A stretch of 64,000 bases of DNA from Polaribacter sp. (GTDB lineage Bacteria; Bacteroidota; Bacteroidia; Flavobacteriales; Flavobacteriaceae), in assembly GCA_038123695.1 (NCBI GenBank), contig JAYPAO010000004.1, forward strand, positions 19,328-83,327. Direction: 5' to 3'. The notes under the pieces were generated by a model. It saw only the letters and a program-made list of their open reading frames with translations. It made no database searches and was not told the DNA's origin. Numbering within the stretch: position 1 is the stretch's first letter; each line of letters begins with the position of its first letter. The position numbers and the translations under genes were made by a program. Below, piece by piece: positions 51,765 through 62,719 of the stretch.

Positions 51765-52088
51765 AACAAGCAGGTCAGTAAGCCGAATTCTGTCATCTTT
51801 TAAGAAGATGTCTTATCATTTATCTCGCCTTAAAATTGCTTTTAAGGTCAATCTGCCTACCCTTTAGAATTGAGCGAGTAACTCTTAACCGAAAAATCGG
51901 ATTTCTAATGTACTTGGCATTTCACCACATAGAGTTTACCTGATTTCACTACAGCCGAACTGTACATTCTTTCTGTTGCACTTGTCCTCGACTCGCGCCG
52001 GACGGATGTTATCCGCTATGTTACTCTTTGGTGTTCGGACTTTCCTCTCAAAACAAACGTTCAGAGCGATAAGATCGACCTGCTTGTT
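51765..52088 (-). ncRNA. rnpB: RNase P RNA
   Basis: Minus strand GAGGAAAGTCC, AGTGCAACAGAAA, ACAGAATTCGGCTTA; terminal stem AACAAGCAGGTC/GACCTGCTTGTT. Confidence 0.96.
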
Positions 52089-52102
52089 CGCAAAATTATA
52101 TA

Positions 52103-52128
52103 AAAAAACCCACTCTAATGAGAGTGGG
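52103..52128 (-). terminator. Intrinsic terminator downstream of dnaJ
   Basis: Minus strand CCCACTCT-catt-AGAGTGGG-TTTTTT. Confidence 0.75.
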
Positions 52129-52255
52129 AAAAATTGCTATGAAAAAGAAAAAGTATCATCGATTTCTCAATGATACTCCAAAAATAATTTTTTTATTTGT
52201 TACACACAAGATTTTTTTAATAAAATGATAACGATTTCGTAACATTTAGAATTTT

Positions 52256-53377
52256 TTAAGAGAACATATCTTTAACCTTGTCAAAAAAGGATTTATCTGA
52301 TTGATTCGGGCTCGGTGTAAAATTCTCATCCGCCGTCATTTTCTCAAAGAAATTGCGTTGTTCTTTGTTTAATTCTTGGGGTGTCCAAACGTTGATATGA
52401 ATTAAGAAATCTCCATTACCGTAGCGCTCCAAACTCGGCAATCCTTTTCCTTTTAATCTCAAAATTTTTCCAGATTGTGTACCAGGATCAATTTTGATTT
52501 TCACTTTTCCTGAAACGGTTTCAATTTCTTTTGAAGCGCCCAATACGGCATCTGAGAAGCTGATGTATAAATCGTAGTGAATATTAGTTCCTTCTCTTTG
52601 TAGTGCCTCGTGTTCTACTTCTTCAATTAACACCAATAAATCACCAGAAATACTATTTTTTCCTGGTGCCTCATTTCCTTTACCTCCAACTTTCAACTGA
52701 ACTCCTTCTGAGACTCCTGCCGGAATAGAAATAGACACGGTTTCTTCTTTAATCACCAATCCTTGTGCGTCAGATCCAGAAGGTCTATTACGAATAACTT
52801 CACCAGCACCCGAACATGTCGAACAGGTCGTTGAAGTTTGCATTCTACCAAGGATTGTGTTTGAAATGCGAATCTCTTGTCCGGAACCATTACATGTTGA
52901 ACATGTTTTGTATTCCACTCCGTCTGCCTTAATCTTTCTGCGAACCTTAACTTTTTTCTCTACTCCATTGGCAATCTCTTCTAAAGTCAGCTTTACTCGG
53001 ATTCGCATATTACTACCCTTTACTCGAGCGGTTCGACCTCCGCCACCGCCAAAGCCATTGAATCCACCAAAACCACCACCAAAGATATCTCCAAACTGAC
53101 TGAATATATCTTCCATATTCATTCCGCCAAAGCCTCCTCCGCCTTGTGCACCTTCGAACGCTGCATGACCAAATTGATCATATCGAGACCGCTTGTTATC
53201 ATCACTAAGGACTTCATATGCTTCAGCCGCGAGTTTAAATTTTTCTTCAGCCCCCTTGTCATCTGGATTCTTATCTGGGTGATATTTAATCGCCATCTTA
53301 CGATAGGCTTTCTTAATTTCTGCTTTACTCGCAGATTTGGAAACACCTAATATTTCGTAGTAATCTTGTTTCGCCAT
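52256..53377 (-). CDS. dnaJ: Chaperone DnaJ
   Basis: J domain HPD, G/F region, two CxxCxGxG repeats, C-terminal domains. Confidence 0.96.
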   Translation of the reverse strand: MAKQDYYEILGVSKSASKAEIKKAYRKMAIKYHPDKNPDDKGAEEKFKLAAEAYEVLSDDNKRSRYDQFGHAAFEGAQGGGGFGGMNMEDIFSQFGDIFGGGFGGFNGFGGGGGRTARVKGSNMRIRVKLTLEEIANGVEKKVKVRRKIKADGVEYKTCSTCNGSGQEIRISNTILGRMQTSTTCSTCSGAGEVIRNRPSGSDAQGLVIKEETVSISIPAGVSEGVQLKVGGKGNEAPGKNSISGDLLVLIEEVEHEALQREGTNIHYDLYISFSDAVLGASKEIETVSGKVKIKIDPGTQSGKILRLKGKGLPSLERYGNGDFLIHINVWTPQELNKEQRNFFEKMTADENFTPSPNQSDKSFFDKVKDMFS

Positions 53378-53384
53378 ATCAATG

Positions 53385-53933
53385 TTATTGTCCAATCACC
53401 ACTTTTGGGAATCGAATTATTTTTTCTCCTAGTTTATATCCTTTTTCAACACAATCAATGATTTTGCCTTTCAAATCTTCTGATGGTGCTGGAATTTGAG
53501 TTATTGCTTCATGGATTTCGGCATCAAAAGCATCGCCGTTGTTCACTTCAATATGACTAAGTCCTTTTTGCTCTAAGGTCTTGATAAACTTCTGATAGAT
53601 TAAATCTACACCAGCTCTCAATTCTTTGGTTTCATCAGACCCGTCCATGTGAGACATGGCACGCTCAAAATCATCTATAACTGGCAGTAATGATGACATT
53701 AATTCTTGATTTGCTGTTTTAAATAAGTCAATTCGTTCTTTGGTTGTTCGCTTTTTATAATTCTCAAACTCGGCAAACAAACGAATAAACTTATCTTTCT
53801 CTCCTTGAAGTTGATCTTCTAAAGAAGGTTCTTTTTGCTCTTTTTTAGTCTTAATCTCTTGATTTTCTTCTACTTGAGAAACTTCATTCTCTATATTATT
53901 TTCTTCGTTTTTCAATTCTTCCTTTTTACTCAT
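53385..53933 (-). CDS. grpE: Nucleotide exchange factor GrpE
   Basis: [38 protein letters not shown]. Confidence 0.96.
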   Translation of the reverse strand: MSKKEELKNEENNIENEVSQVEENQEIKTKKEQKEPSLEDQLQGEKDKFIRLFAEFENYKKRTTKERIDLFKTANQELMSSLLPVIDDFERAMSHMDGSDETKELRAGVDLIYQKFIKTLEQKGLSHIEVNNGDAFDAEIHEAITQIPAPSEDLKGKIIDCVEKGYKLGEKIIRFPKVVIGQ

Positions 53934-54028
53934 CAGTTCAAAATTCTTTTAAACGTCTATTGTAATTCAAAAATATTGCCAACAAAAAAATAGTGTCAAA
54001 TTGACACTATTTAATGATTGTAATTTAT

Positions 54029-55339
54029 CTATTCTTTTATTCTTTCAATTTTGGCACCTAAGGCTTTTAATTTCCCCTCTATGTCTTCGTAGCCCCGATC
54101 AATTTGTTCGATATGATCTATGTAACTCGTTCCTTTTGCGGCTAAGGCTGCAATCAGTAGTGAAATACCAGCTCTAATATCAGGAGATGACATACGCGTA
54201 GCTTTCATCTGATACTCAAAATTATGACCTATTACTGTTGCACGATGTGGATCACACAGAATAATTCTGGCACCCATATCCAGTAATTTATCAACGAAAA
54301 ACAATCGACTCTCAAACATCTTTTGATGAATTAAAACCGACCCTTTGGCTTGTGTAGCAATTACCAAGACGATACTTAATAAATCCGGCGTAAAGCCTGG
54401 CCATGGTGCATCTGCCACAGTTAGAAAAGAACCATCTATATAACTCTGAATTTCGTATCCATCATTTTTTGGAATGTAGATATCGTCTCCTCTTTTTTCA
54501 AATTTGATTCCTAATTTTCGAAATACATTCGGAATTTGACCTAAGTTTTCCCAACTCACATTTTTAATCGTCAATTCTGATCTGGTCATTGCTGCAACAC
54601 CAATCCATGATCCAATTTCAATCATATCAGGTAAAACAGTATGCTCACATCCGCCAAGGTAATCGACTCCCTCAATCGTCAATAAGTTTGATCCTATTCC
54701 GGTAATTTTTGCCCCCATTGAATTCAACATTTTACATAACTGTTGAATATACGGCTCGCAAGCTGCATTGTAGATGGTCGTGATTCCTTCTGCCATAACA
54801 GCGGCCATTAGAATATTGGCTGTCCCTGTTACAGATGCTTCATCAAGAAGCATGTCTGTTCCTTTTAATTTATCGGCTTCAACGCCATAAAATCGTTCTT
54901 CTTTATTGTAGATGAATTTCGCTCCTAAATCAACAAATCCCTGGAAGTGTGTATCTAACCTTCGTCGTCCGATTTTATCACCACCTGGTCTTGGAATGTA
55001 TCCTTTTCCAAAGCGTGCCAGCATTGGGCCAACTAACATAATGGATCCTCTAAGTGATCGTCCGTCTTTTTTAAAGCTTTCTGAAGTCAGGTAATCTAAA
55101 TCCAATTCATCAGCCTGAAATTCGTAAGTGTTTTTATCAATTCTATTGATTTTTACACCCAACTCTCCTAAAATAAAGATGAGCTTATTTACATCGATAA
55201 TGTCCGGAACATTATTGATTTTAACTTTTTCTGGAGTGATTAAAACTGCACACAATATTTGAAGCACCTCATTTTTTGCACCTTGCGGTGTTACACTTCC
55301 ACTTAATTCATGTCCACCTTCAATTTTAAATAATGCCAT
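54029..55339 (-). CDS. murA: UDP-N-acetylglucosamine 1-carboxyvinyltransferase
   Basis: GAKN, PGGDKIGRR, SVTGTAN, PWPGFTPD, DIRAG, IDRGYE. Confidence 0.96.
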   Translation of the reverse strand: MALFKIEGGHELSGSVTPQGAKNEVLQILCAVLITPEKVKINNVPDIIDVNKLIFILGELGVKINRIDKNTYEFQADELDLDYLTSESFKKDGRSLRGSIMLVGPMLARFGKGYIPRPGGDKIGRRRLDTHFQGFVDLGAKFIYNKEERFYGVEADKLKGTDMLLDEASVTGTANILMAAVMAEGITTIYNAACEPYIQQLCKMLNSMGAKITGIGSNLLTIEGVDYLGGCEHTVLPDMIEIGSWIGVAAMTRSELTIKNVSWENLGQIPNVFRKLGIKFEKRGDDIYIPKNDGYEIQSYIDGSFLTVADAPWPGFTPDLLSIVLVIATQAKGSVLIHQKMFESRLFFVDKLLDMGARIILCDPHRATVIGHNFEYQMKATRMSSPDIRAGISLLIAALAAKGTSYIDHIEQIDRGYEDIEGKLKALGAKIERIKE

Positions 55340-55342
55340 GTA

Positions 55343-55972
55343 TTATCGCTTTCTTTTAGAATGTTTTTTTCCTCTTGAATTATGTTGTCCTTGTCCTCCT
55401 CGCTTTTTCAATAATGATTTTGTTTCCGTCAATTCTTCTTCTGAATTTCTCAAATCGATATTTCCTTCAGACAAATCAAATAAATGATTAAAAATCACTT
55501 GATCTTCTACAGTATCCTTATTCCAATTCAGATAGCATTTTTTCATATGATTGGCAATCGTATACACCAATGCATCTTTCATTTCTCCATCATCCCAAGA
55601 CAGCGCCACATCAATCATCGTTTGAATATTATGTCCGTAATAACGGTACTTTGAAACTGATTTTGGATACCCTATATGATCTGGTTTTTCTGAAAATTCT
55701 TCTTTTGACGGTTTTGGATATGGTGAATCAGCATCTAAATCAAAATTAGACATGATGTAAAGTTGATCCCATAATTTATGTTTGAAGTCTGGCACATCTC
55801 TCAAATGAGGTTGTAAATTCCCCATAACATCAACAATAGCTAAAGCCATTGTATTTCGTTCTTCTTTGGTTGGAAGACTTTTGCAATGATCAACTAGCTT
55901 TTGAATATGCCTTCCATATTCGGGTATGATTAAATGTGTTCTTTCTGAATTGTATTCTAAGTCAAATGTCAT
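55343..55972 (-). CDS. DUF4290 domain protein
   Basis: LEYNSER..LIIPEYGRHIQ, KLWDQL, YRYYG. Confidence 0.85.
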   Translation of the reverse strand: MTFDLEYNSERTHLIIPEYGRHIQKLVDHCKSLPTKEERNTMALAIVDVMGNLQPHLRDVPDFKHKLWDQLYIMSNFDLDADSPYPKPSKEEFSEKPDHIGYPKSVSKYRYYGHNIQTMIDVALSWDDGEMKDALVYTIANHMKKCYLNWNKDTVEDQVIFNHLFDLSEGNIDLRNSEEELTETKSLLKKRGGQGQHNSRGKKHSKRKR

Positions 55973-56068
55973 TTCAAATAAAAAATTTGGATTATTTCTG
56001 TGTGTCGAAGAAAATATGGCACAAATTAAGTAATAATTTAGAATAAAATTAAGCGTTTATCATTTATT

Positions 56069-58384
56069 TTACCCTATGATTTTAAGCTTAGCAAATTGCA
56101 ATAACAATTTCTTTTTTCCGACTGTTCCGAATTGAATTTCAGCTTTTTTATTCGCTCCATTACCTTCCAATCCTATTACTTTTCCTCGACCGAATCTATT
56201 GTGTTCTACAATGTTTCCAATGGTGATATTACTATCAAATAAATTGGTTTTTGAGCTCGTTTGAGGTGTTAATTTTTTTAAATTTTTAGGTACTGATGGT
56301 TTTCCTACGATTTGTTTAAATGTCTTTTTAGGCTCTGGCTTTTTGAACCGAATCCCTTTTGGAGCATCTCCAAAGATCGACTGATCAACAAATCTATGCG
56401 TACTTGGCTCAGGTAGTTTCGGGGTCAAATATTCGATAAACTGTTCATCAATTTCTTCTAAGAACCTACTTGGCTCTGCGTCTACCAGTTTCCCCCATCG
56501 ATATCGGGTTTGAGCATAGGACAAATAAGCTAGCTTTTCGGCCCGGGTTAATGCCACATAAAACAAACGTCGTTCTTCCTCTAATTCACTTCTGGTATTC
56601 ATGCTCATGGCAGATGGAAATAAATTCTCCTCTAAACCAACAATATAAATATATGGGTATTCTAATCCCTTAGATTGATGAATACTCATCAAAGAGACTT
56701 TTGGCGTATTATCGTCTTTGTCTTCTTCAAAGCTTGTTGCCAGTGCCACATCTTCAAGAAATGAAATTAACGATGCATCTTCTCCTTGCTCAATTCGATC
56801 GGTAATAAAATCTTTAATCCCATTCAATAATTCCTGAATATTTTCAACCTTACTAACCGCTTCTGGTGTACCGTCCTTTTCAATAGTGCTGATAATTCTA
56901 GTTTCTTTTACAACACTTTCTGCAACTTCAAAAGCATTCTTTGTTTTGGCTTCAATCTGAAACCTTTTAATCAAATCAGAAAAATTCTTCAATTTGATTT
57001 TTGTTCCCCCATTTACTGGTACTGGTAGGGATTGAATTTCATCAATTACTTCAAACAAAGTTTTGTTCATTTCGTTGGCGGCAATGGTAATTTTATTAAT
57101 GGTTGTAGCACCGATACCTCTAGCCGGATAATTTATGATTCGTTTCAAGGCCTCTTCATCCTTCGTATTCTCTAGAATCCTTAAATAGGATAACACATCT
57201 TTAATTTCTTTTCGCTGATAAAAAGAAATTCCACCATAGATTTTATAACTGATATTCTTTTTTCGAAGTGCATCCTCAATCGCTCTTGATTGTGAATTCG
57301 TTCGATACAGCACTGCAAAATCACTACTCTGCATCTGATGATTCATTTGGTTATCCCAAATGGATTGCGCTACAAAACGTCCTTCCTCTCCATCCGAAAT
57401 GGTTCGCATCACTTTGATACTCTCCCCCAATCCATTGCTGGTCCAAACCTCCTTATCAAGTTTCATTTTATTCTTTGCAATCACAGAATTAGCCGCATTT
57501 ACAATCGTTTTTGTCGATCGGTAGTTCTGTTCTAATTTGAAGGTCTCTACGTTGGGATAATCATTTTTAAAATTGAGGATATTTTGAATGTTTGCCCCAC
57601 GAAAACTGTAGATGCTTTGGGAATCATCACCTACCACACATATATTCTGAAAACGATCTGCTAATGCCCTTACGATAATATATTGTGAATGGTTAGTATC
57701 TTGATACTCATCAACCAAAATGTATCTAAATCGATCTTGATATTTGGCAAGTACTTCTGGAAACCTTGCCAACAATTCATTTGTTCTCAACAATAAATCA
57801 TCAAAATCCATCGCTCCTGCCTTAAAACAGCGTTCTACATATTGTTTATAAATCTCACCTGTTGCAGGCCGATTAGCCATTTTATCAGCTTCGAGTAAGT
57901 CAGGATTATTAAAATAGGCACGAACCGTAATTAAGCTATTTTTAAATGAAGAAATACGACCAAATAATTGTTTTGCTTTATACTGATCTTTATCAAGTCC
58001 CAATTCTTTAATAATGGTTGACACCATTCGAACAGAGTCCTCAGTATCATAGATGGTAAAGTTCTTTGGGTAGCCTAATTTATCAGCTTCTGATCTTAAA
58101 ATTCTTGCAAAAACCGAGTGAAAGGTTCCCATCCACAAATTTTTTGCTTCCGTATCACCTACTACACCAGCAATTCTGGCTTTCATTTCTCTTGCAGCCT
58201 TGTTGGTAAAGGTTAGCGCCAGAATATTAAACGCATCTACTCCTTCTTTCATGAGGTACGCGATTCTGTAGGTTAACACACGTGTTTTGCCAGAACCTGC
58301 TCCTGCAATTATAATCATTGGTCCCTCCTTGTGAAGAACCGCCTTCTTCTGCGCCTCGTTTAACTGATTTAAATATGTATCCAA
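56069..58384 (-). CDS. UvrD/PcrA family ATP-dependent DNA helicase
   Basis: AGAGSGKT, TFTNKAA, VDEYQD, QSIYSFRG, EEERRLFYVALTRA; TTG start inferred. Confidence 0.95.
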   Translation of the reverse strand: MDTYLNQLNEAQKKAVLHKEGPMIIIAGAGSGKTRVLTYRIAYLMKEGVDAFNILALTFTNKAAREMKARIAGVVGDTEAKNLWMGTFHSVFARILRSEADKLGYPKNFTIYDTEDSVRMVSTIIKELGLDKDQYKAKQLFGRISSFKNSLITVRAYFNNPDLLEADKMANRPATGEIYKQYVERCFKAGAMDFDDLLLRTNELLARFPEVLAKYQDRFRYILVDEYQDTNHSQYIIVRALADRFQNICVVGDDSQSIYSFRGANIQNILNFKNDYPNVETFKLEQNYRSTKTIVNAANSVIAKNKMKLDKEVWTSNGLGESIKVMRTISDGEEGRFVAQSIWDNQMNHQMQSSDFAVLYRTNSQSRAIEDALRKKNISYKIYGGISFYQRKEIKDVLSYLRILENTKDEEALKRIINYPARGIGATTINKITIAANEMNKTLFEVIDEIQSLPVPVNGGTKIKLKNFSDLIKRFQIEAKTKNAFEVAESVVKETRIISTIEKDGTPEAVSKVENIQELLNGIKDFITDRIEQGEDASLISFLEDVALATSFEEDKDDNTPKVSLMSIHQSKGLEYPYIYIVGLEENLFPSAMSMNTRSELEEERRLFYVALTRAEKLAYLSYAQTRYRWGKLVDAEPSRFLEEIDEQFIEYLTPKLPEPSTHRFVDQSIFGDAPKGIRFKKPEPKKTFKQIVGKPSVPKNLKKLTPQTSSKTNLFDSNITIGNIVEHNRFGRGKVIGLEGNGANKKAEIQFGTVGKKKLLLQFAKLKIIG

Positions 58385-58504
58385 GGAAATTTCTACTTCT
58401 TTAAAATGGGAAATTACGTATATCACAACGAAAATATGCGCTCCATTTGTAGTTTTTATTCACAACTTTAATTTTTTATCTTTAGTGTTTTTAATTCCTA
58501 TTTC

Positions 58505-59773
58505 ATGAAAAAATTAATACTTTTTGTTTCTCTTTTTGCAGTTACATATACTTTCGGACAAGACTTATCAACAGAATTCCAAGCCATCGAAAAAAAGGTT
58601 ATTGAATTACGAAGGCATTTTCATCAAAATCCAGAATTGTCCAATCGAGAATTTAAAACCTCAGATAAAATAGCTGAAGTCCTGACCGAACTCGGAATTG
58701 AATTTAAAAGAAATATTGCCAAAACAGGTATTGTTGGGATTATCAAAGGTGAAAAACCGGGTAAAGTTGTTGCGCTGAGAGCAGATATTGATGGATTGCC
58801 TGTGGTAGAGCGAAATAATTTATCATTCAAATCCACAAAAAAAACTACTTTTCTCGGAAAAAATGTCGGCGTTATGCATGCCTGTGGTCACGATACCCAT
58901 ATCGCTATTTTATTAGGGGTTGCAGAAATGCTATCAAAACACAAAGACAAGATCAACGGGACTGTAAAATTGATCTTTCAACCCGCCGAAGAAGGAGCGC
59001 CTAAAGGAGAGGAAGGCGGAGCCCAATTAATGGTGAAAGAAGGCGTTTTAAAAAACCCCAATGTAGATGCTATTTTCGGTTTACATATCAATTCTGGAAC
59101 GCCAGTCGGACGAATTAACTACCGAAAAGGAGGAATCATGGCTGCCTCGCAGTCCTTTAAAATTGACATAAAAGGAAAGCAATCTCACGGTTCTAGACCA
59201 TGGACCGGAATTGATCCAATTATGATTTCAGCAAAAATTATTGATGGTTTGCAAACCATTGTAAGTCGTGAAGCAGAATTAACCAAAGAAGCGGCAGTGA
59301 TCACCGTTGGTAAAATTGATGCTGGTGTTCGTAGCAATATTATTCCGGAAAGTGCCTCAATGATTGGTACGATTCGAACATTAGATTACGATATGCAAGC
59401 CCACATCAATAAACGTATGAAAGAAATGGTTCCTGCTATTGCAAAGGCTTACAAGGCAGAAGCTACGATAGAGATAGAAAGAGGATATCCAATTACGTTT
59501 AACAATCATAAACTGGTTGATCAAATGCTTCCAACCTTACAACGTGTCGCTGGAAAGGACAATGTGAAAAATATAAATGCAGTTACTGGTGCGGAAGATT
59601 TTTCATTTTTTGCAAAAGAAATTCCGGGCTTCTACTTCTTTTTGGGAGGTATGACTCCTGGCAATAAAAACCCATTTCCGCATCATACTCCAGACTTTCA
59701 AATCGATGAAAGTGGAATGTTACTTGGGGTAAAAGTGATGACAAATATTGTTTTCGATTATTTAAATCAATAA
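58505..59773 (+). CDS. M20D family amidohydrolase, secreted
   Basis: Signal peptide; RADIDGL, MHACGHD, FQPAEEG, GAEDF. Confidence 0.92.
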   Translation: MKKLILFVSLFAVTYTFGQDLSTEFQAIEKKVIELRRHFHQNPELSNREFKTSDKIAEVLTELGIEFKRNIAKTGIVGIIKGEKPGKVVALRADIDGLPVVERNNLSFKSTKKTTFLGKNVGVMHACGHDTHIAILLGVAEMLSKHKDKINGTVKLIFQPAEEGAPKGEEGGAQLMVKEGVLKNPNVDAIFGLHINSGTPVGRINYRKGGIMAASQSFKIDIKGKQSHGSRPWTGIDPIMISAKIIDGLQTIVSREAELTKEAAVITVGKIDAGVRSNIIPESASMIGTIRTLDYDMQAHINKRMKEMVPAIAKAYKAEATIEIERGYPITFNNHKLVDQMLPTLQRVAGKDNVKNINAVTGAEDFSFFAKEIPGFYFFLGGMTPGNKNPFPHHTPDFQIDESGMLLGVKVMTNIVFDYLNQ

Positions 59774-59776
59774 TCT

Positions 59777-60289
59777 ATGTTGGACTCAATTTTTGAAAGT
59801 TTGAAATACGTTCTTCCCGCAATCATTGTGGGAATTGTAGCGTATTTCATGTTCAAAGAATTATTATTTCGTCAAAATGAGCAGCAAAAATTTCAGGCAT
59901 TACAATCCAAAAAAAAGGAATCTCTTCCAATACAGCTACAAGCCTATGAGCGCCTCTTACTTTTTGCTGAACGAATGGATCCCAATCATTTAATCAATAG
60001 AGTTCAATCAAAAAATAATGATCCTAATGGATACGCCATTTTACTAATTGAAACCATAAAGCAAGAATTCGAGCACAATTTAGTGCAACAATTATACGTG
60101 AGTGAAGAGTCCTGGAAAGCGGTCGTTGCTTCCAAAGAAATTGTGATCCAAAAAATCGCTTTGTTAGGCACCAATTCAGATTCCATTGAACATTTTTCTA
60201 AAGAACTTTTACATCAATTTCAAGGATCAAATACTGCTACTCAATCGGCTATAGCTATTTTAAAATCAGAAGTAAAAAAGGTATTGTAA
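59777..60289 (+). CDS. Conserved hypothetical membrane-anchored protein
   Basis: N-terminal TM; LQAYERL, EFEHNLVQQLYVS..W. Confidence 0.75.
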   Translation: MLDSIFESLKYVLPAIIVGIVAYFMFKELLFRQNEQQKFQALQSKKKESLPIQLQAYERLLLFAERMDPNHLINRVQSKNNDPNGYAILLIETIKQEFEHNLVQQLYVSEESWKAVVASKEIVIQKIALLGTNSDSIEHFSKELLHQFQGSNTATQSAIAILKSEVKKVL

Positions 60290-60385
60290 TTCTATTGACC
60301 GAATAAACACCGCACCAGAATTTATTATTTAATTTATTGGTTTTTAAATATTTAAACTATTAGTTTTCTTAATACTATTGGACTT

Positions 60386-62320
60386 TTAGAAATTAAGACG
60401 TAATCCTACATTGATATTACGGCCACGAGTGGCATAGCCTAATACGTCCTGATAATTTGAATCAAAAACATTGGTTACAGCTGCAGACAAAACAACTGTA
60501 TTGTCCAATAAGGCATAAGAGGTTGTCAAATCAAACAACTGATACGACGATAAAGTTGTACTTACCGTTGAAAAAGTTGTGCTGTCGTAGTAACTCGCCT
60601 GACGTTCTCCAACTCCTCGATATAGCAAAGACAATTGGGCTGCAGTAGAAAATTCATAGTTTAATTGGGTGGTAAATTTGTGTTTTGGAATGTAATCCGC
60701 TTCCATTTCTTTATTCGTGTAGGTATAATTTCCCGTTAAAGATAACGCCTCATTCAATTTCCAATTGAATACAGATTCTAGTCCGTTTACATTAATTTCA
60801 TTCATGGAATTCTCATACCTTCCATAAGGTGGGGTAGTTAAGGAAGCAAAAATAATAGCATCATTTTCAACGCGATCAAAATAAACCAAGTTGAAATTGA
60901 AGTTTTTCAATTGTCCTTCCAATCCAATTTCGAATGTTTTACTGGTTTCTGGAGCTAAATCAGTATTTCCGAAATCAGAGAATAATTGATAGGTACTCGG
61001 AGCAATAAAAGCCGTGCTATAGGTCACGATTCCGCGCAATCTAAAATTTTCTTTATTTACCAAGGTTTTTGTTGATGATACATCATAAACAAAATGATTT
61101 CCATAATTACTATGGATATTCAGGCGTGAACCGGCATTAAAAACAAATCCAGATTCCGTTTCAAAATTTACAGATACATATGGATCTGAGGTGGTAAAGG
61201 AAGCAATCGTTCTATCGATATTACCGAATGGCGTTACCGAATTATTATTGTGCTCTTGAAAGTTAAATCCTGCGATGATTTGAAGTCCTTTCGAAACTTT
61301 ATATTGATTGACAACATCGATAAATACGGATTCCCCTTCAAAAATTGAAGTATTCAAAGTGTTTGAAAAAGTAGAAAAATTTCGATCAGTACGTTTTAGC
61401 TTTTGAAAACTGGCCAGCACATAAACTTCTCCGTTTACATAAGAGAACCTTGGTCGAATTCCATACCTAAATTGATATTGTTCTCCAGAATTCTGATTTG
61501 AATCTGTGAATATTCCCGCATCGTATTCCTGAGAAAATTCATCATAATTCAGAAAGGATTCAATGGAGAATTGTTTACTCGCATTGAATCGCAACGAAGA
61601 ATAAAAATTTAAAGCTTGATACGGATCATCTCCAAATGTTGTATTGGAATTACTTTTAGCAGCAGATAGTCCATTTGTTCCCAAAAGGTTTACTGATGAA
61701 TTGAATTGGAACTTTGAAAATTTAGCTCGAATATTGGCATTTTGATTCTTAAAAGCTCCAAATTTTGACGATTGATATGCTTCATTATTTGTACCGAAAG
61801 TCACTTCGTATGATCCTGTAATCTTATTATTGGTATTCTTCTTCAGAATAATATTAACAACTCCGGTTGCCGCACCAGAGCCATATAAAGTTGATGAAGC
61901 TCCTTTTAATATTTCTATTTTTTCAATTTGATTCAGTGCTAAAAACCGTAAATCAAATTCTTGACTGATTAACGAAGGATCAGAAACTGGAACTCCATCA
62001 ATTAAAATAAGAATCTGACGACTTCGTCCTCCTCGCACCAATAAACTTCTAGGTTCAGAATTATTGGTATTTATCCCTTTAATTTCAACTCCGGCCACGG
62101 TATTTAAAAGGTCTAAAACCGTCCTACCCTGATTCCGTTGAATCTCTTCTTGTGAAATCGTATACACTACGTTTGCTGTTTTTTGTTTGGTTTGTTCAAA
62201 CTTTGATGCGGTGACGATGATTTCATCCAATTGCTCAATACTGTCTTTTTTTTGTTGAGCAAATCCATTTAAACCAATCACTGCAATCATTGCAATGGCA
62301 TACCATTTTTTGGTTATCAT
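60386..62320 (-). CDS. btuB: TonB-dependent cobalamin receptor
   Basis: TonB box EIIVTA, plug motifs, C-terminal Phe; preceded by a cobalamin riboswitch. Confidence 0.85.
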   Translation of the reverse strand: MITKKWYAIAMIAVIGLNGFAQQKKDSIEQLDEIIVTASKFEQTKQKTANVVYTISQEEIQRNQGRTVLDLLNTVAGVEIKGINTNNSEPRSLLVRGGRSRQILILIDGVPVSDPSLISQEFDLRFLALNQIEKIEILKGASSTLYGSGAATGVVNIILKKNTNNKITGSYEVTFGTNNEAYQSSKFGAFKNQNANIRAKFSKFQFNSSVNLLGTNGLSAAKSNSNTTFGDDPYQALNFYSSLRFNASKQFSIESFLNYDEFSQEYDAGIFTDSNQNSGEQYQFRYGIRPRFSYVNGEVYVLASFQKLKRTDRNFSTFSNTLNTSIFEGESVFIDVVNQYKVSKGLQIIAGFNFQEHNNNSVTPFGNIDRTIASFTTSDPYVSVNFETESGFVFNAGSRLNIHSNYGNHFVYDVSSTKTLVNKENFRLRGIVTYSTAFIAPSTYQLFSDFGNTDLAPETSKTFEIGLEGQLKNFNFNLVYFDRVENDAIIFASLTTPPYGRYENSMNEINVNGLESVFNWKLNEALSLTGNYTYTNKEMEADYIPKHKFTTQLNYEFSTAAQLSLLYRGVGERQASYYDSTTFSTVSTTLSSYQLFDLTTSYALLDNTVVLSAAVTNVFDSNYQDVLGYATRGRNINVGLRLNF

Positions 62321-62416
62321 GTGAATTAATTTACTGATTCTTAATGATCCGGTAAATGTTAAGTACAGAATGTTTGACTCGTACGTAAACTTTTATCCCG
62401 AAAGTTTTGTTACTCT

Positions 62417-62618
62417 GGTTCGAGGCAGGTCTCCTGACTTATTTTTTTGCTATTTACCTTCCCATTCGATCCTAAGAACAGTGGCTTAAGAATAATAACA
62501 AACTCTTTACGAGATTCCGAGGCATTCGGAATAAAATTTACAGTTGCGGGTACAGTTCTAGATTTACACTAGATTCCCTTTTAATTTAAAATGATTGCTC
62601 AGTTCAAAACCAAAAACC
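62417..62618 (-). promoter_or_regulatory. Cobalamin riboswitch
   Basis: Minus strand AAAAGGGAAT...ACTGTACCCGCAACTGTA...GCCACTG...TGGGAAGG...AAGTCAGGAGACCTGCC (B12 box); TACATTTG promoter at 62623-62630. Confidence 0.93.
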
Positions 62619-62719
62619 GGAGCAAATGTAGTGCTATTCTTTTTCAGAATCTAAAGAATATGCTATTTGTTTAATTATCTTTGGACGACTGGTACCAAGC
62701 ACTGAATTCAAACATTGTT

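Noticed and set aside
51976-52173. 65-aa ORF from the ORF track
   Set aside because: Antisense to RNase P RNA; not a plausible protein
53035-53145. CCA/CCG-rich low-complexity repeats
   Set aside because: Encode the normal Gly/Phe-rich linker of DnaJ
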